Part shown: piece by piece, positions 19,495-29,590 of the stretch
How positions within the stretch are numbered: the stretch's first letter is position 1
How the letters are laid out: every line of letters begins with the position of its first letter
NCBI GenBank assembly: GCA_964514585.1
Contig: CAZETU010000001.1
Coordinates: forward strand, 225,309 to 289,308
Source of the DNA: Candidatus Woesearchaeota archaeon
GTDB lineage: Archaea > Nanobdellota > Nanobdellia > Pacearchaeales > GW2011-AR1
Direction of reading: 5' to 3'
DNA length: 64,000 nt
Notes under the pieces: generated by a model
What the model was told of the DNA's origin: nothing
The model's database searches: none
Seen by the model: only the letters and a program-made list of their open reading frames with translations
Made by a program: the position numbers and the translations under genes

Positions 19495-21009
19495 CTATTT
19501 CTTAACCTTCTTATCACTCTCTTCTACTTCAGACCTCATGAAAGGAAATAAAAGAACATCTCTAATTGAAGGTTGATTAGTAAAAAACATCACAATTCTA
19601 TCAATACCAATCCCTATTCCACCAGCAGGAGGCATTCCCACCCTCATAGAATCAATAAAATCCTTGTCTATAACATTTGCTTCAAAATGTGCCTCAAACT
19701 TTTCAAGTCGCCCCTCACCTTTTAATTGATCCTCTAGTCTTTTTTTCTGCTCTTCTGGATCATTTAATTCACTATAGGCATTGGCAATCTCAGTACCGTT
19801 GATAAATAATTCAAACCTTTCAACAGTGCCTTCTTTTTCCCTATGATCCTTAGTTAAAGGGCAAGTGGATTTAGGATAATCAATAATAAACGTTGGCTGT
19901 ATAAGATTGTGCTCAACTCCTTCATCAAACACAAAATGAATAAGTTGATCCCGAGTCCCAGAAAATCCAAGTTTTTTACCATAATCTTTCAATTCAGCTT
20001 CATTACATGGATCAATCTTACAATATTTTTTTATAGATTCCTCAATCGTCATCACTTTAAACGGAGCCTTAAAATCAAGGACCTTGCCCTGATATTCTAC
20101 TTTAGTTTTACCATATACTTTTTTCGCAATACTCTCTAATAACTGTTCAGCCATCCTCCTAATATCATTGTAATCCCAATAAGAAGCATAAGCCTCCATC
20201 ATAGTAAACTCAGGATTATGTGTTGCATCAATCCCCTCATTTCTAAAATTTTTACAAATAGTAAAATTCTTTTCAATACCTCCAACCAACAATTTCTTCA
20301 GATAAATTTCAGGAGAAATAGACAAATATAATTTCATCTTCAAGGCATGCAATTCTGTAATAAATGGCCTTGCTTCAGCTCCTCCATAAAGAGGCTGTAA
20401 CGCAGGAGTTTCAACTTCCAAAAAATCTTTTTTCTTTAAAAAATCCCTCATGATATCAACAATTTGTGCACGTCTAACAAAAACCTCTTTCACATCAGGA
20501 TTAATAATCAAATCTAAATATCTCTTTCTATACCTCTCCTCTTTATCCTTCAGCCCCTTATGTTTATCTGGCAACGGCAAAATCGACTTAGTCAAAATAA
20601 ACAACTCCTTAGCCATAAGTGAAATCTCCCCAGTACGAGTCTTCATTACCTCCCCCTTAACACCAACAATATCTCCAGCATCAATCCTGCTAAAACTATT
20701 AACAACCTCCTGCGGAACCTCACCCTTCTGAACAACAATCTGAATCGTCCCCTTCAAGTCCTGTAAATTAAAAAACGACAACTTCCCAAAACTCCTCTTA
20801 GTCATAACCCGACCAGCAACAACTCTCTCTTGCCCAGATTTCTCCTCATCCTTCAACTTCCCAAACTCATCCTTAATATCAGTAGAATGAACTCTGTCTT
20901 CATGTAAATCAAACCGATGCGGATACGGATCAATCCCCTCCTCTCGAAGCGACGCTATCTTCTTAATTCTCTCATCAACTATCTGCTTCTCACGTCCCTT
21001 AAGCTCCAT
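19495..21009 (-). CDS. lysS: Lysyl-tRNA synthetase, class II
   Basis: OB-fold AGRVMTKRSFGK; FRNEGIDATHNPEFTMME (motif 2); GMPPAGGIGIGIDR (motif 3). Confidence 0.97.
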   Translation of the reverse strand: MELKGREKQIVDERIKKIASLREEGIDPYPHRFDLHEDRVHSTDIKDEFGKLKDEEKSGQERVVAGRVMTKRSFGKLSFFNLQDLKGTIQIVVQKGEVPQEVVNSFSRIDAGDIVGVKGEVMKTRTGEISLMAKELFILTKSILPLPDKHKGLKDKEERYRKRYLDLIINPDVKEVFVRRAQIVDIMRDFLKKKDFLEVETPALQPLYGGAEARPFITELHALKMKLYLSISPEIYLKKLLVGGIEKNFTICKNFRNEGIDATHNPEFTMMEAYASYWDYNDIRRMAEQLLESIAKKVYGKTKVEYQGKVLDFKAPFKVMTIEESIKKYCKIDPCNEAELKDYGKKLGFSGTRDQLIHFVFDEGVEHNLIQPTFIIDYPKSTCPLTKDHREKEGTVERFELFINGTEIANAYSELNDPEEQKKRLEDQLKGEGRLEKFEAHFEANVIDKDFIDSMRVGMPPAGGIGIGIDRIVMFFTNQPSIRDVLLFPFMRSEVEESDKKVKK

Positions 21010-21042
21010 ATTAACATCAACTAAACCATATTTATAAAACTA

Positions 21043-21321
21043 TCAAAACCGAAGTATCTTAAATTCCTTAAAATCGCCCTGCCACTTCCGCTCCTCAATT
21101 TGAACATGACGAATCTGCGAATGCTCAGGTCCCTTCCGAACAAACCCAGCCAACCTATCAATCTGATCCTGCTCACCCTCAACAAGTATCTCAACATTCC
21201 CACCATTCAAATTCCGAACAAACCCACTCAACTTTAAATTATCAGCATGCTCCTTGACAAACTGCCTAAAAAAAATCCCCTGAACAGTCCCCTGCACAAC
21301 AAACCTCGCCGCCTTCTTCAT
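21043..21321 (-). CDS. acyP: Acylphosphatase
   Basis: VQGTVQGIFFRQF and GFVRNLNGGNVE. Confidence 0.92.
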   Translation of the reverse strand: MKKAARFVVQGTVQGIFFRQFVKEHADNLKLSGFVRNLNGGNVEILVEGEQDQIDRLAGFVRKGPEHSQIRHVQIEERKWQGDFKEFKILRF

Positions 21322-21345
21322 ATTGTAAGAAATCAAACTTACTTT

Positions 21346-22152
21346 TTATTCCTGTCGGTCAGGTATTTCATTATGTTCTTTGGCTCTATCCCAAGCTTCC
21401 CAAAACCCAGCATGATAATTATCATAATTAGCGACGACCTCTGTCAACCTTTTTTCAATCTCTACTTCCTTCGGAAAAGAAACGTCAAACATATTACGAT
21501 ATTTATCCAAAACATTCGAAATTTCCAAACATGCCTCTTCGTCAAGTTCTCTTTCAAATTCCCCTTCTTCCTTAGAGGAGTATCTTATTATTGCGTTCCT
21601 TTTGTTAATAAGTTCCCCAGCAATTGCATCAGCAGAATGACTATATTCATAAGGTATAGGAACTTTCGGCTCAACAAAAAAATCAGTATCCGAAAGACCC
21701 CCCATACAAGATTGCAAAATACCCCTCAAGAGAAACCCGCTACTCCTTTTTTCAGCCATAAGTTCTTCTAAAATGTCTCTTCTACTAATGTAATCATTTA
21801 AGCGCAATAATATTTGAGGAACGTAATAAATAAATGCCTTCTCAATTGATTTATTAATATAATATGTCGGTCTAGATCCATTAGACCTATATTTCTTAAG
21901 TCGTCTCGGATCAATATTATAAGCATACCACTCAGCCGCATACTCAACCAACTCAGGATTATCCCTAGCGGCATGATAATTATTAACATGTTTACGCATC
22001 TCTTCTTTCATCTCCCGCAAGGTTTCTCTTTTAAACTTAGCCCTAAACCTTCTAGGTATACCCGCTCCCCTATCCTGCGACAAAAACTCATCATCCAATT
22101 CCATAATATAGTAATCATGAATACATACAAAAAACTTTTCATAAAAAAACAA
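21346..22152 (-). CDS. Hypothetical protein
   Basis: Long ORF with no motif recognised; true start uncertain (possibly MELDDEF). Confidence 0.55.
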   Translation of the reverse strand: MFFYEKFFVCIHDYYIMELDDEFLSQDRGAGIPRRFRAKFKRETLREMKEEMRKHVNNYHAARDNPELVEYAAEWYAYNIDPRRLKKYRSNGSRPTYYINKSIEKAFIYYVPQILLRLNDYISRRDILEELMAEKRSSGFLLRGILQSCMGGLSDTDFFVEPKVPIPYEYSHSADAIAGELINKRNAIIRYSSKEEGEFERELDEEACLEISNVLDKYRNMFDVSFPKEVEIEKRLTEVVANYDNYHAGFWEAWDRAKEHNEIPDRQE

Positions 22153-22197
22153 GACATAATAACAAAACTTATAAAGAATATTCTATTATGTCTTAAT

Positions 22198-23160
22198 ATG
22201 GAGGCAAAAATAAATCTAAAAGATAGAAAGCTATTATCCCAATTAGAACAAAATTCCAGGCAATCAAACATAAAAATAGCAAAACAAATCGGAACAAGCA
22301 AAGACTCAGTTGCCTACAAAATAAAAAAATTAATAGACATAAGAATCATAAAAGAATTTTCATCAGTTACAAACCCTTCAAAACTAGGTTACACTTCGCA
22401 CAGAATCCTTCTAAAACTCATAGACACTGACACAAAAAAATTCGACTCCATAATAAAACACTTAAAACAAAACAAACAAATTTGGTGGATCTCAAAGCTA
22501 GACGGTGCATGGGATATGGTCTTCGCAACTTGGACAAAAAGCAACACTGAGCTCCAAGAAATACTTGCAGACTTAAATCTAAAATTCAAACCACAAATCG
22601 GGGAACAGCAAATCTGCCCAGTCATAAAATATGAACTTTCCTCAAGAGGACACCTAACAAACGCCCCTTCAAAAAAACTCTTCACAATAGGCGGCGAACC
22701 AACAGCAGAAAAAATAGATGAAACAGATAAAAAAATTCTAGAAGAATTATCAAAGAACTCAAAAATCCCCCTAATCGATTTAGCCGAAATTCTAAAAATC
22801 GACAATATGACAATTCATCATCGGATAAAAAAACTAGAAGAAAAACAAATAATACTAGGATACACAATCCATCTAAACACAAGAAAACTAATGAAAGTCT
22901 TTTATTCGGTAAAAATAAATTTAAAACAGACAACTCAAAAACAAGAACTAATTGAATACATCCAAAAACTTCCACAAATAACAGCCACAACAGAAACAAT
23001 CGGAGGTTACGACATAGATTTCGACATCGAAGTAGAAAATTCAGAAGAATACTTTCAAATCATAGAAAGAATAAGAGACAAATTCCCCCTCATAAGAAAC
23101 ATAATCTATTTTAGAATTCTAGAAAATTACAAAATACTCAGAATACCAAGGCTATCTTAA
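22198..23160 (+). CDS. Tandem (double) Lrp/AsnC transcriptional regulator
   Basis: Two HTH-RAM units: KDRKLLSQLEQNSRQS..IAKQIG and TDKKILEELSKNSKIPLIDLA; start MEAKINL. Confidence 0.9.
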   Translation: MEAKINLKDRKLLSQLEQNSRQSNIKIAKQIGTSKDSVAYKIKKLIDIRIIKEFSSVTNPSKLGYTSHRILLKLIDTDTKKFDSIIKHLKQNKQIWWISKLDGAWDMVFATWTKSNTELQEILADLNLKFKPQIGEQQICPVIKYELSSRGHLTNAPSKKLFTIGGEPTAEKIDETDKKILEELSKNSKIPLIDLAEILKIDNMTIHHRIKKLEEKQIILGYTIHLNTRKLMKVFYSVKINLKQTTQKQELIEYIQKLPQITATTETIGGYDIDFDIEVENSEEYFQIIERIRDKFPLIRNIIYFRILENYKILRIPRLS

Positions 23161-23747
23161 TAACCCATTTTCTCCTGTCGGTCAATCTCATTATGAATAA
23201 CAGTAATAACTTGACTCGCAAAAAGCGTTAAAGGCCCAACCGAAACCCCATCAATCTTTTTCAAAAACTTTTTCTTATCCGACGGAAACCCATCATGATC
23301 CCCAATAATAAAAACCTCATTCCCTTTCAATTTCAAATCCCGTACATCCTTCCCACGACCTTCCAACAACAAAACATCCTTCCCATCTTTATCCAACTCT
23401 TTAGCTAAATGCTCAAAACTTTTCTTCTCAATTAAAGCCCCAGGAAAAACCTCTAACAACCCCTCGCTGTCAGGCGATTTATACAACATCCTCTTTATCA
23501 ACCCCGCAACATTCTTCTTAGAAATTGGCATCTCTTTATTCGATTCCAAAACCAAATGACGAGGAGCACTAGGTGGCCCATCAAAAATCAAATGCAACCG
23601 AACATCATCCCTCATCGCATTCGAAACAAAAAATACAGAAATTATCACATTACAAACTATATCCATCCGCCCAGCCTTCATCAAATCATCCTTAATCATA
23701 TTCCCAGCCGTCACAGCACTCTTCGAATAATAAATAAATTCTCTCAT
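23157..23747 (-). CDS. trmY: tRNA (pseudouridine54-N1)-methyltransferase, SPOUT fold
   Basis: AGRMDIVCNVI, FIIGDHDG and VSVGPLTLFASQVITVIHNEID. Confidence 0.9.
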   Translation of the reverse strand: MREFIYYSKSAVTAGNMIKDDLMKAGRMDIVCNVIISVFFVSNAMRDDVRLHLIFDGPPSAPRHLVLESNKEMPISKKNVAGLIKRMLYKSPDSEGLLEVFPGALIEKKSFEHLAKELDKDGKDVLLLEGRGKDVRDLKLKGNEVFIIGDHDGFPSDKKKFLKKIDGVSVGPLTLFASQVITVIHNEIDRQEKMGY

Positions 23748-23787
23748 TTAAAAACCAAGAGAAAACACTTTAAGAAACTAACCCAAC

Positions 23788-23982
23788 TCATCTCTCCCAA
23801 GTACAATTAGGACTAGGAGTTTCATGCATCCCATTTCTTAACAAATTTTCTCCCATAGCATCCAAATCATCAAGGACATAAACTAAATTATCAGAGTCAG
23901 GAAGGGGACGCCTCAAGCCAGGAACAGCAATATAACAACCATAAACATCCGTTCCCATTTCTCTCCTCGGTAATAAACTCAT
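23788..23982 (-). CDS. Small hypothetical protein
   Basis: Fills the gap between rbcL and trmY on the same strand. Confidence 0.35.
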   Translation of the reverse strand: MSLLPRREMGTDVYGCYIAVPGLRRPLPDSDNLVYVLDDLDAMGENLLRNGMHETPSPNCTWER

Positions 23983-24046
23983 GAGTCAACATCATCAGTA
24001 TTCCTTTAAAAATATTATTATCCCGAAATATACTATTTTATCCCAA

Positions 24047-25315
24047 CTAGAATCTAACTTTTCCCCAAAACTTCAAGGCATTTCTCAACTCAGAATTAGT
24101 CTCACTATAATCCCCCAATGTTCTACCCTTCATAACAGCGTCGACAGATTGTCTCATTGCAGTCGCTCCAACTCTAGTCCCCTGAGGATGACCATGACAT
24201 CCCCCACCAGCCTGAATAATAATATCCTCGCCAAAATTCTTCATCAAATAAGGAACATGCCCAGGATAAATTCCCCCACTACAAACAGAAAAAACAGGCT
24301 TAATACTCCCCCAATTCTGCTCAAGCCGATGCTTAGTCCTCTTAACTTCCATAGTCTCCATCTCCTCATTAATCTCACCAACCTCTCTCTTGCCTCCTCT
24401 CATTTTCCCAATTCCAGTTCCAATATGCAAGCTATCTACCCCAGCAATCCGTGCAAAATCAGCAACACTCATCATCGACAAGCCATGATTAGGGTTCTCT
24501 GTAAACGCACCATGCATCGCCCTATGCGCATGAATCCCAAGCGTCGTATTTTCACGCAAAGTCTGTAAGCTCGCAAAACCAGCAGTAATAATATCATGCA
24601 TTACAAACTTCCCGCCAAGCTCCTTCGCCAAATCAGCCCTCTTCATCATCCTCATCGACTCCGCAGTCACATTAATCAAATAACCCTTCTTCTCTCCAGT
24701 CTCCTCGCTCGCCTTATCACACATCTCCAAAGTCTTAGCCGCCCTCTTTTCAAACAAATTAAATTTTTGCGAAGACAAATTCTCATCATCCTTAACCAAA
24801 TCGCAACCCCCAACCCAAGACTCAAAAGCAACCTTAGCATGATCCTTAGTTTTCAATCCCAACTTTGGTTTAACAATCGTTCCAACCAACGGCCTTTTCC
24901 TAACTCTCAAAATCTTACGATAACCTTCAATACCATAACGCGGCCCAGGAAAAGTCTTCAATAACTTTCTAGGAAACTTAATATCCTCAAGTCTCAATCC
25001 CTCAACACACTTCATCCCAAAAACATTACCCGCTATCGACGACAAAATATTAGCAACAGAACCATCCTCAAACAAGTCCTGTGGATAAGCAATCTTCACA
25101 TAATTCCCAGAAACCGCAAAAACCTTAGCCCCCAACTTATTTACATACTTCTTATTAGATGAAACATTACACCACGTCCCAATACTCGACTCCAAAGCAA
25201 CATTGTTAGCAGCCTCATTCAAACTCATGCCACTAGGAGTCACCTTAAATAAACAAATCAAGTCCTTTCTCGTAGGCTTATAATTCAAATCAACAAAATC
25301 AAATTTCTTTCCCAT
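24047..25315 (-). CDS. rbcL: RuBisCO large subunit, form III-type
   Basis: ALESSIGTW, GTIVKPKLG, GGCDLVKDDE, HAHRAMH, GTGIGKM, SGG and QAGGG.HGHP; catalytic Lys/Asp/Glu/His residues present. Confidence 0.96.
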   Translation of the reverse strand: MGKKFDFVDLNYKPTRKDLICLFKVTPSGMSLNEAANNVALESSIGTWCNVSSNKKYVNKLGAKVFAVSGNYVKIAYPQDLFEDGSVANILSSIAGNVFGMKCVEGLRLEDIKFPRKLLKTFPGPRYGIEGYRKILRVRKRPLVGTIVKPKLGLKTKDHAKVAFESWVGGCDLVKDDENLSSQKFNLFEKRAAKTLEMCDKASEETGEKKGYLINVTAESMRMMKRADLAKELGGKFVMHDIITAGFASLQTLRENTTLGIHAHRAMHGAFTENPNHGLSMMSVADFARIAGVDSLHIGTGIGKMRGGKREVGEINEEMETMEVKRTKHRLEQNWGSIKPVFSVCSGGIYPGHVPYLMKNFGEDIIIQAGGGCHGHPQGTRVGATAMRQSVDAVMKGRTLGDYSETNSELRNALKFWGKVRF

Positions 25316-25316
25316 T

Positions 25317-25616
25317 TTACTTTTTCTTTGACAGAAGAGGCAAATTCTTATTTTCCTTTTCTTCCCTCATGTCTTCTTTAATATCATTAATATCCCCCGC
25401 TATATCTACCTCAGATCTCTTTATATTATAAATATTAGTCACAATACTCTCAAGAGAATGAACACCCCATCCAGCAAGATAAATCACCGCAGCCCAAGGA
25501 GAATGTTTCAACCATAAAGGCATTTCAACAAAAACAAATATCTCCAAGGCCAACCAAACCAAAAGAAAAGCTAGGGCAAGCCAAGCCAAATAATCCCAAA
25601 TCGATCGCCCCTCCAT
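25317..25616 (-). CDS. Small two-TM membrane protein
   Basis: Two hydrophobic segments plus a charged tail; ends 1 nt before the rbcL start. Confidence 0.55.
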   Translation of the reverse strand: MEGRSIWDYLAWLALAFLLVWLALEIFVFVEMPLWLKHSPWAAVIYLAGWGVHSLESIVTNIYNIKRSEVDIAGDINDIKEDMREEKENKNLPLLSKKK

Positions 25617-25772
25617 CCCAACAACAAGCAGAATTAGTTTTTATATCTTATCAAAATTCAAAGTTAAAGACGACAAAGAATTTTCTCACACCTCTATTTA
25701 ATAATTTAGTTAAATATATCAAGTAAATTAAGTTAACGAAAGACTTAAATAGTATTACATATTAAAAGAATC

Positions 25773-26345
25773 ATGGAATTTGATGATTTTTTAACACAGC
25801 CAAAATGGCAGATACTAGAATTAATTGCCAAAAAGCCTTCCTCTCCTGTAAAAATCTCCGAAGAAATAGGAACTTCCGTCGCATATGTAAGCCAACAACT
25901 AAAATTTCTAGAAGCAGCAGGAATAATAAAAAAAGAAAGAACAAGAGAAGTAGGTAAAGGAAAACCCCGTCTAATTTATTCAATCTCTGAAGATATATTC
26001 CACATAACCGCTCTAATAAACAAAACCCCAGAAAAGAAAAAAATAATCCCAAGCATCCATCAAAAAATAGTATTAAGAATTTGGATGCTAGATGACAAAG
26101 ATCTAATTTACTTTTCAGAAAAATTATTATGGAGAGTCGAGCCATTTTTAGAAGACATAACTCAAATATCCATCGACACAAAAAAATCCAAAGTCACAAT
26201 CTCTTCAAAAAACAAAAAAATAGAATCAATTATACAATCCTTTCTTAAAGAAATCAATAACAAAATAAGTTGTGAGATTTCCCCTGCTACCAAAGACCCA
26301 AATCTTTTTCATCAAATTTATAATTCGGAGGCAATAACAGTATGA
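25773..26345 (+). CDS. ArsR-like winged-HTH regulator
   Basis: KWQILELIAKKPSSPVKISEEIGTSVAYVSQQLKFLEAAGII...GKPRLIYS. Confidence 0.85.
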   Translation: MEFDDFLTQPKWQILELIAKKPSSPVKISEEIGTSVAYVSQQLKFLEAAGIIKKERTREVGKGKPRLIYSISEDIFHITALINKTPEKKKIIPSIHQKIVLRIWMLDDKDLIYFSEKLLWRVEPFLEDITQISIDTKKSKVTISSKNKKIESIIQSFLKEINNKISCEISPATKDPNLFHQIYNSEAITV

Positions 26346-27121
26346 AACAAGAGACTCTAAAAATAATTTCAATAACACTCATCTTAATATTAACATTACA
26401 TCTAATGCCAGCAACGCCTAACGGGGCCTCAATTACTCCGGGAGCATCCGAAAGACCCGACTCTGGCCAAGCATCAAACCATTCCGCAATCGCAGGGAAT
26501 ATAACCGAACTAACAATTTTCTCAGGAGACGGAGCATCACAAACTTGGCAAGGTTATTACGGAAACGTCTCAGGGGGACTAAGCCTAGGAGACGGCTCAA
26601 ACAACATCCTATATAACTGGAGCCTTATAACGCCAAGCGGCGAAGTATACGCCTCGACAAACTCATCAATAACATGGGTAAACATCCAATGTTTCAACTT
26701 CTCAGCAAACGGAAGCTACATAGACGAGTCAGGAAACGGCGGAACAACAAACCAATACGGAACAAACATAACGATACTCGAAAGCGAATACGGAATTTCC
26801 ACAACAGACCTAGACGGAATAAATGAAACCTTCACTATAAAAAATCACGACCTATTTTACACTTCAAACAAAGAATTCTCAGCAGACGAATGCCGAAGCC
26901 TACAACTTTTTACAAACGAAACTCAAAGCGAAGACGGTTCCTTCGAGGAATTGATTCTATACGAGCCAGCAACAAGAAGCGTCATATTCTCAACAATTTT
27001 AGAAAATTCGAAGAAAGGTTTCAATAATAAAGAGGTAGACTTTCAAATGGTAGTCCCAGAAGACGGCCACGACGCCGACACCCAAACAACAATGTACTTC
27101 TTCTTCATAGAGATAGAATAA
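26342..27121 (+). CDS. Secreted beta-rich protein of unknown function (paralog of 4452..5162)
   Basis: AGNITE, WQGYYGNVSG, LYNWS..SGEVYAS, FEELILY and DFQMVVPE; ATGA overlap with the HTH gene. Confidence 0.85.
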   Translation: MKQETLKIISITLILILTLHLMPATPNGASITPGASERPDSGQASNHSAIAGNITELTIFSGDGASQTWQGYYGNVSGGLSLGDGSNNILYNWSLITPSGEVYASTNSSITWVNIQCFNFSANGSYIDESGNGGTTNQYGTNITILESEYGISTTDLDGINETFTIKNHDLFYTSNKEFSADECRSLQLFTNETQSEDGSFEELILYEPATRSVIFSTILENSKKGFNNKEVDFQMVVPEDGHDADTQTTMYFFFIEIE

Positions 27122-27748
27122 TCAAAAATCAATCCCAAATCTTTTCAATTCTCTTTTCAGTTGCCTCGGATTTTCAAAACGAATAGTATTTATTCCCAAC
27201 TTTTTCGCAGGACGAATATCATCAACCAAACTGTCTCCAATCATCAAAACCTCGTCGGGTTTCACCCCATATCTCTTCATAATTTTTTTAAAACCTTTCA
27301 ACGAAGGCTTAACTTCTCCATCTTCAAAAGAAAACATCGTATAATCAATAGAGTTTAATAAAGAAGTATTCTTCCTCAAATATTCAACCGAAAAAATACT
27401 TGTATTAGAAAGCAAAGCAATTTTGTACCCATCTTGTTTCAACTTTTTAATCAAAGGTAGCGAATGAGAATATAATCTAGCCCTTTTCTCCCTCTTATCC
27501 CTAATTCCCAAAACAGTATTCACATTTTGCTCACAAGCATCTATCCCCATCTTCTTACATAAAAATTCATAAGCGGAATACTTGTCTTTCCATTTTCTAG
27601 TCTGAAGAGCCATTTCAAATTTTTTCCGAAGAACTTCCCTTGACCCTTTCAAATTAAATTCCCTTCTTATAACATCTATAGTCCCATTTCTCAAATCCTT
27701 GTAAACAAGTGTCTTCCATAAATCAAAAATAACCACCTTAATTTCCAT
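27122..27748 (-). CDS. HAD-superfamily hydrolase
   Basis: VIFDLWKTL, LLSNT, KPS and MIGDSLVDDI; likely start MEIKVV. Confidence 0.9.
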   Translation of the reverse strand: MEIKVVIFDLWKTLVYKDLRNGTIDVIRREFNLKGSREVLRKKFEMALQTRKWKDKYSAYEFLCKKMGIDACEQNVNTVLGIRDKREKRARLYSHSLPLIKKLKQDGYKIALLSNTSIFSVEYLRKNTSLLNSIDYTMFSFEDGEVKPSLKGFKKIMKRYGVKPDEVLMIGDSLVDDIRPAKKLGINTIRFENPRQLKRELKRFGIDF

Positions 27749-27865
27749 CCTACTTCCCACAACTAGTACAGTCCCCACATTTTCTATGATATGCTTGGCA
27801 CTCCGAACATCTCCCATGTCGAGGACAATCCCACGTACACGGACAATCTGGATTCTCAACTTCAC

Positions 27866-28201
27866 TCATATTTTTTTAATATTTTTTATTTCAATAACTA
27901 TCGCCCCCTTAACATCAAACTCCTCGTTCTCAGGCAACTCTTTTACAAAATCAAACCATTTCCCAGAATCAAAATACTCAACGATACCATCAATTTCAAT
28001 ACCTTCATCATTTTCCCAGAAAACCAGAGAAACATTAGGATTGCTTTTAATATTTTCAATAGTAGTATTCATAAAATTATTTGTAATTATAATTTTATTA
28101 TCCCTAATATCATTAATCTCCACAGCAATATTGTGAGGACAATTGTCTCGACCGACACTCGCCAACGCAATATTTTTATTTTTCAAATCTTCAACTTCCA
28201 T
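27866..28201 (-). CDS. Pyridoxamine 5'-phosphate oxidase-like FMN-binding protein
   Basis: ALASVGRDNCPH...TTIENIKSNPNVSLVFW. Confidence 0.8.
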   Translation of the reverse strand: MEVEDLKNKNIALASVGRDNCPHNIAVEINDIRDNKIIITNNFMNTTIENIKSNPNVSLVFWENDEGIEIDGIVEYFDSGKWFDFVKELPENEEFDVKGAIVIEIKNIKKI

Positions 28202-29558
28202 TCTCCAACACATACCCTTCTTTACTATCCTTAATAATCCATCCCATTTCTTTCAACTTATCCCGCAACTCATCAGACTTCCCCCAATTCTTTTCAGCCC
28301 GAGCTTTCTCCCTCTCATCAGCAATCTCTCTAATCTCCGAAGGAACCTCAACTTCCTCAGTCTCCAACAACTTCAGCCCAAAAACCTGATCCATCTTTTT
28401 TATCGTCCCAATCTTACCCTCAGCCTTCTCATCCCTAACCAAACTCCAAAGCACAGCCAAAGCCCCAGGCATATCCAAATCATCATTAATCCTCGCCTCA
28501 AACTCTTTCAAATATTTCTTATTAATCCCACGAACATTCTCCAATCCCGAAATAATATTCCTCAACTTCCTATAAGAATCAACAGCACTCTGCATAGCCT
28601 CATTACTCCAAGTCAAAGGCTTCCTATACTTCGCCGAAAAAGTAAAATACCGATACGCCAAAGGATCAATTCCCTCTTCTTCCAACTGACTAATCGTCTT
28701 AATCTTTCCAGCCGACTTAGACATCTTCCCACCTTTAATATTCAAAAACGCTCCATGCATCCAAGTCTTCACCCACGGCTTTTTCCCAAAAGCACACTCC
28801 GACTGTGCAATCTCATTCTCATGATGCACCGACGCCAAATCCTCGCCGCCAGTATGAATATCAAACTGCTTTCCCAAATATTTAGAACTCATAGCCGAAC
28901 ACTCAATATGCCATCCAGGAAAACCAAGTCCCCAAGGGCTCTCCCATTCCTGTTGCCTCTCTCCCGGCGTCCCACTAAATTTCCAAAGCGCAAAATCCGT
29001 CTTATTTTTCTTCTCCTTAGCACTAATCCGTTTCCCCTCTTTAAGCCCCTCAATTTTCTTATTCGTCAACTTCCCATAATCACCAAACTTAGAACTATCA
29101 AAATAAACCCCGTCACTAGTTTTATAAGTATAATCTTTCTTCTCCAAAATCTTAATCAAATCAATCTGTTCCTTAATGTGTTCAGTAGCCCTAGGCCAAA
29201 AATCAGGCTCAATCAAATTCAACTTAGCAAAATCCTCTTTAAACGCCTTAAAATAAAACTCACTAATCTCCTTAGCCGTCTTCCCTTCACTAGCCGCCGC
29301 CTTCTCTAACTTATCGTCCCCCTCGTCACCATCCGAAGTCAAATGCCCAACATCCGTCACATTAATCACATGCTTAACATCAAAACCATTATACATCAAA
29401 ACCCGTTTCAAAACATCAGCAAAAACCGAACTCCGAAAATTCCCAACATGCGCATACCAATAAACCGTCGGCCCACAAGTATAAATCCCAACCTTCCCAT
29501 CTTTAATCGGAACAAAATCTTCCTTTTTCCGCGTCAACGTATTATACAATTTTATCAT
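28191..29558 (-). CDS. cysS: Cysteinyl-tRNA synthetase
   Basis: YTCGPTVY..AHVGN, GFPGWHIECSAMS, DIHTGGEDL..HHENE and KMSKS. Confidence 0.97.
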   Translation of the reverse strand: MIKLYNTLTRKKEDFVPIKDGKVGIYTCGPTVYWYAHVGNFRSSVFADVLKRVLMYNGFDVKHVINVTDVGHLTSDGDEGDDKLEKAAASEGKTAKEISEFYFKAFKEDFAKLNLIEPDFWPRATEHIKEQIDLIKILEKKDYTYKTSDGVYFDSSKFGDYGKLTNKKIEGLKEGKRISAKEKKNKTDFALWKFSGTPGERQQEWESPWGLGFPGWHIECSAMSSKYLGKQFDIHTGGEDLASVHHENEIAQSECAFGKKPWVKTWMHGAFLNIKGGKMSKSAGKIKTISQLEEEGIDPLAYRYFTFSAKYRKPLTWSNEAMQSAVDSYRKLRNIISGLENVRGINKKYLKEFEARINDDLDMPGALAVLWSLVRDEKAEGKIGTIKKMDQVFGLKLLETEEVEVPSEIREIADEREKARAEKNWGKSDELRDKLKEMGWIIKDSKEGYVLENGS

Positions 29559-29590
29559 ATCCAAGTGAAATAAATTAGATTAATAAAACT

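Noticed and set aside
21973-22197. N-terminal extension of the Lrp ORF
   Set aside because: It overlaps the opposite-strand gene 21346..22152; the Lrp domain begins at ATG 22198.
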